Shown: piece by piece, positions 52,680 to 61,496 of the stretch
How positions within the stretch are numbered: position 1 is the stretch's first letter
Layout of the letters: each line of letters begins with the position of its first letter
NCBI GenBank assembly: GCA_964466785.1
Contig: CAYXOD010000014.1
Coordinates: 24,003-88,002 of the forward strand
Source: an uncultured bacterium
GTDB lineage: Bacteria; Armatimonadota; Fervidibacteria; Fervidibacterales; Fervidibacteraceae
Direction: 5' to 3'
DNA length: 64,000 nt
Program-made: the position numbers and the translations under genes
Notes under the pieces: generated by a model
The model's input: only the letters and a program-made list of their open reading frames with translations
What the model was told of the DNA's origin: nothing
Database searches by the model: none

Positions 52680-53170
52680 GACTCGTTGACAAAAGTCGCC
52701 TGCGAGGTTCCTTAAAATGCTCCCTTTTCTTGATGATTTCTTCCCCGCCATAGGTTTCGCAGTTGCTGTCAACATTGATTTTTTAATTCCAACACCAACG
52801 CCAAACCAATCGTGTGGCGTAAGGTGATTTTAACATGGAAGTGAAAGGTCGCAATGCTATCCTAAAGAGTTCTACAAGAGGGGAAGTCGCGTCAGGGGCG
52901 ATTGGCAAGAAATTTCAAGCCTATTGACATCAGCCCTTTCCTGTCTAAAAATGTTTTGCCGACAATTGTGAGCAATCTCTCGGAGTGAGGTAAAGATGCC
53001 AACAAGTCCTGCGATCACAAACCGTCGTGAACATAGTTGGTGGGCGTGGTTCAGGAGAACTGGCGGTATAACCATGATGCGACCCATCGGTCCCGACCGA
53101 GGTGAGTGCTTTGTTCGTTGCTGGAGTGATTTCCTTCTACCAGCAAATTCCGCAAGAAGGAGGGATACCG

Positions 53171-54433
53171 ATGGGTTGCAGTGGAGACACACAAACGAAA
53201 AAAATGAGAGGTCTCAAGTGCCGTGAGTGCGGCGCTTACTACATGTTGGAAGCATTGCATGTTTGCGAGTTCTGCTTCGGTCCGCTTGAAGTTGACTACG
53301 ATTACGATTACCTCCGCACCATTGTTTCCCATAAACGAATTGAAAATGGTCCCCCGAATTTGTGGCGATATAAGGATTTGTTGCCTGTCGCCGACGAAAA
53401 CTTGGTGGATTCAGGGACAGGGTTCACCCCGCTTTTAAAGGCTGAAAGACTGGGGGAAAGGTTGGGTTTGCGCAACCTTTTCATCAAAAACGACACCGTA
53501 AACCCAACTTGGTCTTTCAAAGACCGAGTGGTCTCAGTTGCCATCACGAAAGCGTTGGAATTTGGGTTTGACACTGTCGCGTGCGCTTCAACAGGCAACT
53601 TAGGTAATTCCGTTGCCGCTCACGCCGCAAAAACAGGGTTACATTGCTTCATCTTCATCCCCGCCGACTTAGAACTTGGAAAGATTGTCGGTTCGCTTGT
53701 TTACAACCCAACTCTTGTAGCGGTTAAGGGTAATTACGATGAAGTTAACCGATTGTGTGCGGAAATTGCATCAACGATGCGATGGGGTTTTGTTAACATC
53801 AACCTTCGTCCCTACTACGCTGAAGGCTCAAAAACTTTGGGCTTTGAGGTTGTAGAGCAATTGGGTTGGAAAGCACCTGACCACATCGTCGTCCCAATGG
53901 CGTCGGGATCGCTACTCACGAAAGTTTGGAAGGCTCTAAAGGAAATGCAAAAACTTGGATTGATTGACGAAGTTCACGCGAAAGTGCACGGAGCGCAAGC
54001 GGAAGGCTGTTCACCAATTGTGCGTGCGTTCAAAGAAAATGCGGAGTTCGTCCGACCTGTCAGGCCAAACACAATCGCAAAGTCATTGGCAATCGGCAAT
54101 CCTGCCGATGGAATTTATGCCTTGCAAGCGATGCGAGAAAGCGGAGGGGTTGCCGAAGCAGCAAGCGACGATGAAGTGATTGAAGGCATCAAGTTGTTGG
54201 CAGAGACTGAGGGCATCTTCACTGAAACTGCTGGTGGCGTGACAATTGCTGTGCTTAAAAAACTTGTGGAGCAAGGCGTTATTGGCAGCGATGAAACTGT
54301 CGTTGCCCTCATCACAGGTTGCGGTCTCAAAACTCAAGAGGCGCTAACAGACCGAATTTCCCAACCTATTGTAATTGAACCGAGCTTGAAAGCCTTTCAA
54401 GCGAAATTCGCTGAGTTGGTAACGGTTCGGTAG
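53171..54433 (+). CDS. thrC: Threonine synthase family PLP enzyme with N-terminal zinc ribbon
   Basis: LKCRECGAYY...CEFCFGPLEV; TPLLKAERL; NPTWSFKDR (PLP lysine); ACASTGNLGNS. AAGGAGGG RBS lies 7 nt before ATG 53171. Confidence 0.85.
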   Translation: MGCSGDTQTKKMRGLKCRECGAYYMLEALHVCEFCFGPLEVDYDYDYLRTIVSHKRIENGPPNLWRYKDLLPVADENLVDSGTGFTPLLKAERLGERLGLRNLFIKNDTVNPTWSFKDRVVSVAITKALEFGFDTVACASTGNLGNSVAAHAAKTGLHCFIFIPADLELGKIVGSLVYNPTLVAVKGNYDEVNRLCAEIASTMRWGFVNINLRPYYAEGSKTLGFEVVEQLGWKAPDHIVVPMASGSLLTKVWKALKEMQKLGLIDEVHAKVHGAQAEGCSPIVRAFKENAEFVRPVRPNTIAKSLAIGNPADGIYALQAMRESGGVAEAASDDEVIEGIKLLAETEGIFTETAGGVTIAVLKKLVEQGVIGSDETVVALITGCGLKTQEALTDRISQPIVIEPSLKAFQAKFAELVTVR

Positions 54434-54490
54434 ACGCAGAAAGTAAGATTGGCATTGACCACATTCGGCGACTTTGTCTCTCGGGAGAAT

Positions 54491-54517
54491 GGGCAACACG
54501 AAAGGTTGCCCGTTTAG
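54491..54517 (+). terminator. Candidate terminator hairpin after thrC
   Basis: GGGCAAC-acgaaag-GTTGCCC followed by GTTTAG, which is a weak T tract. It lies 58 nt after the thrC stop. Confidence 0.35.
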
Positions 54518-54669
54518 AAGTTGGGCTACACTCGTCAGTAGAGGAACCGCGCTTTGCCGTCCTTGCGTGGCTGTCACGGGACAGAAAACCGTGCGGTGGA
54601 TATGAAGCAAGAAGGGCGATCTGTTGTTGCCCACTGAGCAGTGTGGAAAGACGAAGAGGTGCATGAAAA

Positions 54670-55515
54670 ATGATGACACAAACTTATGCTGACATCCAAA
54701 TGACAGTAGATTTTCATTTCCTACCGACCAAGCGGACATGCATGTGTCCACCAGAGCAGTTAAACTGCTTGACGCGACAAGAAATAATTGAGTTTGGGTC
54801 AACAGTCATTGATGTAAAACAGCGGCATCATTGGCGGGAAAGTCACCCAGCACGGTTCATCCCACAAGTGCCAGAAAAGTTTATCAAATTGTTCTCCCAC
54901 AAAGGCGAAACAGTTCTTGATCCCTTTTGCGGTTCGGGGACGACAAATGTTGTCGCCTTACAACTTGGACGCTCATCCATCGGCATTGATGTAAATCAAC
55001 GCTCGGTGCAGATGACCTATGAGCGCCTAATGCAGGCAGCCCAATCCCTTTCTGCATCAGATCAATCACACACGCATCACAGGATCTTGCAAGGTTCATG
55101 TCTTGATGTGTTGCCATATATCCCAGATAATTCGTTTGACTTAATTGTCACCTCACCACCTTACTTTGATGTCGTGAACTACGAAGATGACCATCCTGAG
55201 CAGTGGGGCAATATCCATGACTATGGAGAGTTCCTGAGGCGTATGGAAGCAGCGTTTGCTGAAATGAAACGGGTGCTGAAACCAAGTGGTTGGATGGTTG
55301 TCGTCACTCAAGATGTGTTCAAAAGTTACGCTAAATGCCCCATCCACGCCGATTACATTTTTATTTGCCATGACAAATTGGGCTTTGAAGTTTGGAGCAC
55401 GCAAGTTTACATCCTGAACTACAGCACAGGAGGTCGTCTTGTTTACGGTTACCCGACCAGTTACTACCCGAAAAACGACCATGAGTTTATCGTCATATTT
55501 CGCAAGCCAAGGTGA
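54670..55515 (+). CDS. SAM-dependent DNA methyltransferase (N4/N6 family, SPPY motif IV) with motif I preceding motif IV
   Basis: HPARFIPQVPEKFIKLFSHKGETVLDPFCGSGTTNVVALQLGRSSIGID (motif X/I block) comes first. ILQGSCLDVL...FDLIVTSPPYF...RVLKPSGWMVVV...HEFIVIFRKP follows. No adjacent recognisable endonuclease. Confidence 0.8.
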   Translation: MMTQTYADIQMTVDFHFLPTKRTCMCPPEQLNCLTRQEIIEFGSTVIDVKQRHHWRESHPARFIPQVPEKFIKLFSHKGETVLDPFCGSGTTNVVALQLGRSSIGIDVNQRSVQMTYERLMQAAQSLSASDQSHTHHRILQGSCLDVLPYIPDNSFDLIVTSPPYFDVVNYEDDHPEQWGNIHDYGEFLRRMEAAFAEMKRVLKPSGWMVVVTQDVFKSYAKCPIHADYIFICHDKLGFEVWSTQVYILNYSTGGRLVYGYPTSYYPKNDHEFIVIFRKPR

Positions 55516-55907
55516 AAAGAATGGCAAGGACATGGGACGAGATAAAGCGAAACATTTGTTTGTTGAACGAATTGCTCGCTGAAGTCAACATGGACTTGAA
55601 GCAGGTAGTTCAGCACTATCGTGATAGCGATTTTTACTTGCGCGTATTGGAGTTGGAAGGTGCATGGACAGAAGAGGATGCACAACGGCTTCAGGAAATG
55701 GCGAGAGGTACACGGCATCACCGGAATCATCGGGATGTTCGGACTTATGTGGCAGATTTGCTTTTGGGTTGGGTGGTGCAAGATGTCGTGACTGAAACAC
55801 ACTGGCCATATGACGGTAAGCCTGCATTTGCATTGAATTTGCGTCTTTTGAATGTCCAATTTGTTCCCTTTCACGAATTTCCGAAAGATTTGTTGTTTGC
55901 TGAGTGA
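55512..55907 (+). CDS. Hypothetical 131-aa protein translationally coupled to the methyltransferase
   Basis: GTG 55512 overlaps the methyltransferase stop (GTGA); ATG 55521 is an alternative. No motif was recognised, including no clear PD-(D/E)xK. Confidence 0.5.
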   Translation: MKRMARTWDEIKRNICLLNELLAEVNMDLKQVVQHYRDSDFYLRVLELEGAWTEEDAQRLQEMARGTRHHRNHRDVRTYVADLLLGWVVQDVVTETHWPYDGKPAFALNLRLLNVQFVPFHEFPKDLLFAE

Positions 55908-55940
55908 GAGACTCATTACCTGTGAAGGAGGGACATAGTG

Positions 55941-56228
55941 ATGCCGATTAAAGTTCGCATCCCGACGCCGTTGCAAAGTCTGACAGGTGGCGCTGCGGAA
56001 ATTACAGTGGAAGGAAAAACAGTGAAGGAGTTAATTGACAATTTGGAACAGAAGCATGCAGGCATCAAAGCGAGGTTGTGTGATGAGAACGGTGAAATTC
56101 GTCGCTTCGTCAACATTTTTGTCAATGACGAGGATATTCGCTTCTTGCAGGGTTTGGACACGGAACTTAAGGAAGGCGATGAGGTCTCTATTGTTCCAGC
56201 AATTGCTGGCGGACGACAAAATTCATGA
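55941..56228 (+). CDS. MoaD/ThiS-family ubiquitin-like sulfur carrier with a 4-residue extension after the GG motif
   Basis: [25 protein letters not shown]...NIFVNDEDI...[13 protein letters not shown] followed by RQNS and stop. GAAGGAGGG RBS. Confidence 0.8.
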   Translation: MPIKVRIPTPLQSLTGGAAEITVEGKTVKELIDNLEQKHAGIKARLCDENGEIRRFVNIFVNDEDIRFLQGLDTELKEGDEVSIVPAIAGGRQNS

Positions 56229-56272
56229 TACGATTTTCGGTCTCTTTATGGACTATCACGGAGGCGAGAAAA

Positions 56273-56518
56273 ATGGCGGTCACAAAGCACAGGGTGCAAT
56301 TGGTTTACCCGAAGCACCTTGTTGACAAGCCAATTTTGTGGGAACTGGCTCAAAAGTTCAAGGTCGTCACCAATATCAGAAGGGCAAATGTTGACGCTGA
56401 GTGCGGATGGATTGACCTTGAACTTGAAGGCGAAGAAGAAGAAATGGAACGGGCTATCTCATGGCTGCGCCAAGTGGGAGTTGAGGTCAATCCAGTGGAG
56501 CGGCAAGTGATTGAGTAG
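56273..56518 (+). CDS. Stand-alone NIL-domain protein
   Basis: HRVQLVYPKHLVDKPILWELAQKFKVVTNIRRANVDAECGWIDLELEGEEEEMERAISWLRQVGVEV fits the NIL (MetN C-terminal-like) pattern. GGAGG lies 9 nt before ATG 56273. The track ATG 56225 overlaps the upstream stop (ATGA). Confidence 0.7.
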   Translation: MAVTKHRVQLVYPKHLVDKPILWELAQKFKVVTNIRRANVDAECGWIDLELEGEEEEMERAISWLRQVGVEVNPVERQVIE

Positions 56519-56634
56519 TGGGGAAGATTGTCAACCATTGCTCACGGTGAACCATCTTGTCCGTTGGCGTTGTCAATCTAAGAGAGGGCAAGGTGAACTT
56601 TTTGCAACTTCAAGACAAGGAGGTTGATAAGCAC

Positions 56635-58392
56635 ATGTCAATGACGCTTTCGGTGGAACTTCAGACGGTGCGCGGTTCTGACTTATTAGTTGAATGTTTG
56701 GTTCGTGAGGGTGTTGAATACATTTTTGGCATATCAGGCGGTGCTGTAATTGAGATTTGCGATGCACTATACCACTACCGTGACCGCATCAAGTTCATCT
56801 TGAACCGCCATGAACAAGGTGCTGCTCACATGGCGGATGGTTACGCTCGGGCTTCAGGTAAAGTCGGAGTCTGCATGGCAACCAGTGGTCCGGGGGCGAC
56901 GAATTTGACCACAGGGATCACGACGGCTCAGATGGATTCAGTTCCCGTCGTGGCTATCACGGGACAAGTCCCGTCATATAACATTGGACGAGATGCTTTT
57001 CAGGAAGCGGATGTTTTCGGAATCCTAATGCCGTCCGTGAAACATAACTACATGATTCGTAACCCTTACGACCTCCCTCACATCGTCCGTGAAGCCTTCT
57101 ATATCGCAAGAACAGGTCGTCCAGGTCCAGTCCACATTGACATTCCTCGCGATATTTCCCGCTCTCCCATTGACTTGAGCAAGGTTGACCTTCCTGAGGA
57201 AGTGAACATTCGCGGCTACAGACCGACGATTCGCGGTCATCCGTTGATGGTTCGTCAGGCAGTGGAATTGATAATGCAGGCTAAAAAGCCCATCCTTTAC
57301 ATCGGTGGAGGGGTGATTAAATCCGAAGCAAGCGAAGAAGTGAGGGAGTTGGCGGAACGATGTCAAATCCCCGTGACATATACGCTGATGGCGAAAGGAG
57401 CATTCCCAGACAATCACCCACTTTGCACTGGAATGCCTGGGATGCACGGGACAGTTACTGCTAACTTTACCTTAAACTTCGCTGATTTGGTCATTTGTGT
57501 TGGTGCGCGATTTGATGACCGAGTGACTGGCGACCTCAAGGAATTCGCAAAACACGCAAAGAAAATTCACATTGACATTGACCCAGCAGAGATCGGGAAA
57601 AATGTCAAGCCCGATGTCCCGATCGTCGGAGATGCTAAAACGGTTCTGCGACAAATTCTTGAATTGGTTCCGCCAAAGCGACATGACGAGTGGATAAGGC
57701 AGATTGAAGATTGGAAACGGGAGTTTCCGTTGGTTTACAGCCGAAACGGGAGACTTAAACCACAATATGTTCTGGAGGTTTTGGCGAAGGTGACAGGTGG
57801 GAACGCTATAGTTGTCGCTGATGTTGGGCAACATCAAATGTGGGCTGCCCAATATTACCCATGTCACCGTCCGCGCCAATTCCTCTCTTCAGGCGGATTG
57901 GGAACGATGGGATATGGTTTCCCCGCTGCTTTGGGTGCAAAACTGGCAAGACCAAACGACTTGGTAGTGGCAGTTGTGGGTGATGGAGGCTTCCAAATGA
58001 CAATGTATGAACTAGCAACAGCCGTCGTGTATAACATTCCCGTCAAGGTCGTCATCATCAACAACTTCTTCTTGGGCATGGTCAAGCAGTGGCAAGACCT
58101 GTTTTTCGGCGGAAGGCACAGTGGAGTGCAACTCACAGGCAATCCAGATTTTGTCAAGATCGCAGAAGCGTTCGGTGCGGTCGGGTTCAGGGTGACGGAA
58201 GAGGACGATGTGGAAAAGGTTTTGATGAGGGCGATGGAAATTGAAGACAAACCCGTCGTCGTTGACGCTTGGGTTGATCCCGACGAGCATGTTTACCCAA
58301 TGATCCCATCAGGAAGATCTGTCAAGGACATCATCGTCCACCCAATCTTGCGAGAGAAACTTAAGCGCGAGTTGGCACGACACGTAGCGTGA
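56635..58392 (+). CDS. ilvB: Acetolactate synthase (acetohydroxyacid synthase) large subunit
   Basis: GSDLLVECLVREGVEYIFGISGGA, RHEQGAAHMADGYARASGKVGVCMATSGPGATN, and the ThDP motif GLGTMGYGFPAALGAK...GDGGFQM...NN. No small-subunit gene follows. Confidence 0.9.
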   Translation: MSMTLSVELQTVRGSDLLVECLVREGVEYIFGISGGAVIEICDALYHYRDRIKFILNRHEQGAAHMADGYARASGKVGVCMATSGPGATNLTTGITTAQMDSVPVVAITGQVPSYNIGRDAFQEADVFGILMPSVKHNYMIRNPYDLPHIVREAFYIARTGRPGPVHIDIPRDISRSPIDLSKVDLPEEVNIRGYRPTIRGHPLMVRQAVELIMQAKKPILYIGGGVIKSEASEEVRELAERCQIPVTYTLMAKGAFPDNHPLCTGMPGMHGTVTANFTLNFADLVICVGARFDDRVTGDLKEFAKHAKKIHIDIDPAEIGKNVKPDVPIVGDAKTVLRQILELVPPKRHDEWIRQIEDWKREFPLVYSRNGRLKPQYVLEVLAKVTGGNAIVVADVGQHQMWAAQYYPCHRPRQFLSSGGLGTMGYGFPAALGAKLARPNDLVVAVVGDGGFQMTMYELATAVVYNIPVKVVIINNFFLGMVKQWQDLFFGGRHSGVQLTGNPDFVKIAEAFGAVGFRVTEEDDVEKVLMRAMEIEDKPVVVDAWVDPDEHVYPMIPSGRSVKDIIVHPILREKLKRELARHVA

Positions 58393-58438
58393 ACGACAAC
58401 ATGCAAAAAGGCCCCCCTTGGCTTGACCTAATAGGGAG

Positions 58439-60172
58439 GTGAAATTTGTGGGCGCTTTACTGCTCCTTGTCGTATCGACTTTGGCGTTGAGTTTGGCTTA
58501 TCGCCTTTACGGCTCGTTCCTGGCGAAACAAGTTATGCAACTTGACGATAGTTACATCACGCCCGCTCACACGATGAGAGACAACAGCGATTATGTCCCA
58601 AGTCATCCAGCAGTTGTTTTCGGTCACCACTTCGCTTCAATCGCTGGATTAGGTCCTTTGCTCGGTCCAGCAATTGCAGTTGTTTGGGGTTGGTTGCCTG
58701 CGCTGATCTGGATTTTATTGGGGAGCATTTTCGTTGGTGCTGTCCACGATTTCGGCACCTTGTTCACTTCTTTGCGTCACCGAGCTCGTTCCATAGGAGA
58801 CATAACTGAGGAAGTCGTCAACCATCGGTCTCGGATTTTGTTTTTGCTTTTCGCCATTTTTGCTATGTCGTTGGCGATGGGAGTTTTCGTCTTGAACATA
58901 TCTCAACTTTTCTCTCCAGGGGAAGGCGGCGCCGAAGGCGGTCATGTCCCAGAAGCAGTTCTGCCAAGCATGACGCTTATCGTCATCGCTCTCGTTGTCG
59001 GTATCTTGCATTACCGTTACCGCTTGGCGCTTTTACCGTTAACGCTCGTCGGTTTAGTTTTCAGTCTCACTTTTGTATGGCTTGGGACGGTTTTCCCTTT
59101 GCAAGGGGTCGGTGGTTTGACCTTCACGCCATCCTTTTGGACTTATGCTTTGATGGTTTACGCCTACATCGCTTCTGTGCTTCCTGTTTGGCTGCTGCTT
59201 CAACCTCGTGATTACCTCAACTCGTTCCAGTTGTTCTTGGGGATGGCTTTGCTTTTATTGGGGACTTTAATTGGTGGGCTGACGGGTCATTTGAAATTGG
59301 TTGCACCCTCCATTAACTCAAATGCTCAAAATCTGCCGCCGCTTTTCCCAATGCTTTTCATTACTGTTGCTTGCGGTGCTGTTTCTGGTTTCCACTCTTT
59401 GGTCGCATCAGGCACAACCTCAAAGCAACTTGACAAAGAAAGCCACGCATTACCCATCGCCTACGGCGGAATGTTGACAGAAGGCTTACTTGCCACTTTG
59501 GCGCTTTTGGGAGTTGCTGCAGGTTTCACAGCAGTTGAGTGGGTTCAGAATTATGCCGATTGGAAACTCGCTGGGGCAAAGGCTTTGTCAAATTTCGTTC
59601 ACGGGGCAGGCACAATCATAGCCCAAACCGGAGTTCCCCATAGCCTCGCAAAAGTTTTCATCGCAACCGTCGCTGTCGGCTTTGCCTTGACAACTTTGGA
59701 TAGTGCTACGAGGTTAATCCGTTACAACATTCAAGAACTTGCAACAGCCCTTAGGTTAGAACCTCTGCGCAACCACTACATTGCAACGGCGTTTGCTGTA
59801 GCCCTCATCGGTTTCTTCGCTTTGATGAAAATCCCAGATCCTGCAACAGGGCAATTGAAACCTGCAGGGACAATTCTGTGGGCACTTTTCGGGACTTCAA
59901 ATCAATTGCTGGCCGGCTTAGCACTTTTGGTTGTCACCCTTTACCTTCGGTCACTCGGACGACCGACTGTGTTCACAGCAACACCGATGTGCTTCATGTT
60001 GGTAGTGACAATCGTTGCCCTTTTGCTCAGCATCCGAAATTTTGCGGTTCAAGGGAACTGGTTCTTGCTCGGTTTCTCCCTTCTGATTCTCTTCCTCGCT
60101 TTCTGGCTGATCGTGGAAGCAATTTCCACTCTGAAGCGTCAACTCGTTGAGACTCAATCAACCAAACAGTGA
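58439..60172 (+). CDS. cstA: Carbon starvation protein A family transporter
   Basis: FGHHFASIAGLGPLLGPAIAVVWGWLPALIWILLGSIFVGAVHDF and GAVSGFHSLVASGTTSKQL. Start is GTG 58439, or GTG 58448 which is better spaced from GGGAGG. Confidence 0.9.
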   Translation: MKFVGALLLLVVSTLALSLAYRLYGSFLAKQVMQLDDSYITPAHTMRDNSDYVPSHPAVVFGHHFASIAGLGPLLGPAIAVVWGWLPALIWILLGSIFVGAVHDFGTLFTSLRHRARSIGDITEEVVNHRSRILFLLFAIFAMSLAMGVFVLNISQLFSPGEGGAEGGHVPEAVLPSMTLIVIALVVGILHYRYRLALLPLTLVGLVFSLTFVWLGTVFPLQGVGGLTFTPSFWTYALMVYAYIASVLPVWLLLQPRDYLNSFQLFLGMALLLLGTLIGGLTGHLKLVAPSINSNAQNLPPLFPMLFITVACGAVSGFHSLVASGTTSKQLDKESHALPIAYGGMLTEGLLATLALLGVAAGFTAVEWVQNYADWKLAGAKALSNFVHGAGTIIAQTGVPHSLAKVFIATVAVGFALTTLDSATRLIRYNIQELATALRLEPLRNHYIATAFAVALIGFFALMKIPDPATGQLKPAGTILWALFGTSNQLLAGLALLVVTLYLRSLGRPTVFTATPMCFMLVVTIVALLLSIRNFAVQGNWFLLGFSLLILFLAFWLIVEAISTLKRQLVETQSTKQ

Positions 60173-60287
60173 CGCTTCCGCCTCTTTGACCACCATACTC
60201 GCTGCGAACTTTGGAGTTATCTTTTTGTCCAAAATAGTGCGATGATTTCTTGCCGAAAATCAACCTCACTAATGCGCTGTCAATTGA

Positions 60288-61487
60288 GTGTGGAAAGTTG
60301 GTGACGAAAAATTTATGAAGGGCACGATAAAGTGGACAAAGCCTGCTGTCAATTTTCTGCGGTTCGCAGCGACAGCCCTCTTTATCGTTCTGGCAGTTAA
60401 AGCGGTGCGATGGGACAAAATGGTTGAGGCATTTCGGTATACTTCCTTTTTAATTGCCTTCGGCTCCGCTGCCATCTATGCTTGTTTGCAATGTCTATCG
60501 GCAACGCGATGGTGGAGCATCGCACGAGCATCAAACATGCCCCTTCGTTGGCGAGACTCAGTTGCTGCTTTCTACACTGGCATGTTTTTCAATTTGTTTT
60601 TGCCTGGCTTGGTTGGCGGAGACGCTGTGAGAGCATTGCTTGCTGCTCGCAAAACTGAACATCCCCTCTCAAGTTCCTTCGGCATCGTCTATGCCGACAG
60701 AACTGTCGGGTTCATAGCGATGCTGATTGTCGGGGCTTGGGGTGCTGCTGCTTTACACTTGACAAATCGCAAAATCATTTGGCAGCCCCTCATTTTAGGG
60801 GCAATTTTCGCTTTTGGTGTCACTGCATTGATGGTCTTTGTCGCCATCTTCATCAGTCGGCAATGGAGAAGTCATTGGGGCGAAAGGATTGGAAGGTTCG
60901 CTAACGGTATCGTCGCTTTCCTGCAGAATCCCAAAACTGGTGTTCTGGTTTTCTCCATCGCACTCACTTATCACCTCTCGCTGACCTCGACGCTCATGCT
61001 TTTAGGTCAAGCAGCGGGGATCAACGGGCGACCTTTCAGCGCATACGCTATGGTCGTCGCTATAGCAACCGTAATCGGTTCGTTACCGATTTCCTTACAC
61101 GGTTTGGGAGTGAGGGAACTTACGAGTGTGAAATTGTGGGCGCTCCTTCAAGTTCCCGCTGAACAAGCGATGTTTTGGGCTTTGCTCTGGCGAGTGATGA
61201 CTTGGCTCGTTTCGCTGCCCGGCGGAATCGTCTACTTGCTTTGGGCTGACAAAACTGTCTGGAGGGACTTGCAAACATTGGCGAAAAACGGTGTTAAGGT
61301 TTTATTGCAACCCAAACGGGAAACCGACCCCTTCACTATCCCGAAATCTCAAAGAGTTGACATTGCAATTACGACGCTTGAACGGATATTGGAAGAGACC
61401 GACGATGAAACTATCCGAGAGGCTTTGTCAAGACGACTGGAACAGTTGAGGGAAGAGAGAAATGGTATTCACCGACAAGCGAACTGA
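60288..61487 (+). CDS. Lysylphosphatidylglycerol-synthase-TM-region (UPF0104, flippase-like) family membrane protein
   Basis: RWWSIARASNMPLRWRDSVAAFYTGMFFNLFLPGLVGGDAVRALL. About 8 TM helices. The track start is GTG 60288; ATG 60315 is an alternative. Confidence 0.72.
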   Translation: MWKVGDEKFMKGTIKWTKPAVNFLRFAATALFIVLAVKAVRWDKMVEAFRYTSFLIAFGSAAIYACLQCLSATRWWSIARASNMPLRWRDSVAAFYTGMFFNLFLPGLVGGDAVRALLAARKTEHPLSSSFGIVYADRTVGFIAMLIVGAWGAAALHLTNRKIIWQPLILGAIFAFGVTALMVFVAIFISRQWRSHWGERIGRFANGIVAFLQNPKTGVLVFSIALTYHLSLTSTLMLLGQAAGINGRPFSAYAMVVAIATVIGSLPISLHGLGVRELTSVKLWALLQVPAEQAMFWALLWRVMTWLVSLPGGIVYLLWADKTVWRDLQTLAKNGVKVLLQPKRETDPFTIPKSQRVDIAITTLERILEETDDETIREALSRRLEQLREERNGIHRQAN

Positions 61488-61496
61488 CCTCGCCCT

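Noticed and set aside
52680-53170. SAM-I riboswitch, T-box leader or Thr-attenuator peptide upstream of thrC.
   Set aside because: I could not find the T-box 14-mer (GGGTGGTACCGCG-like), the SAM-I core, or a Thr/Ile-rich leader ORF. I kept this only as an unclassified long leader.
54344-54802. 152-aa minus-strand ORF spanning the thrC-methyltransferase spacer.
   Set aside because: It overlaps the 3' end of thrC and the 5' end of the methyltransferase antisense. It has no motifs, and the spacer is better explained by a terminator-like hairpin.
55153-55976. Minus-strand ORFs 55153..55533 and 55464..55976 opposite the methyltransferase and its partner.
   Set aside because: They are antisense to a gene with clear methyltransferase motifs and to its translationally coupled partner. 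Their composition is Cys/His/Gln-rich, and no RBS or domain is evident.
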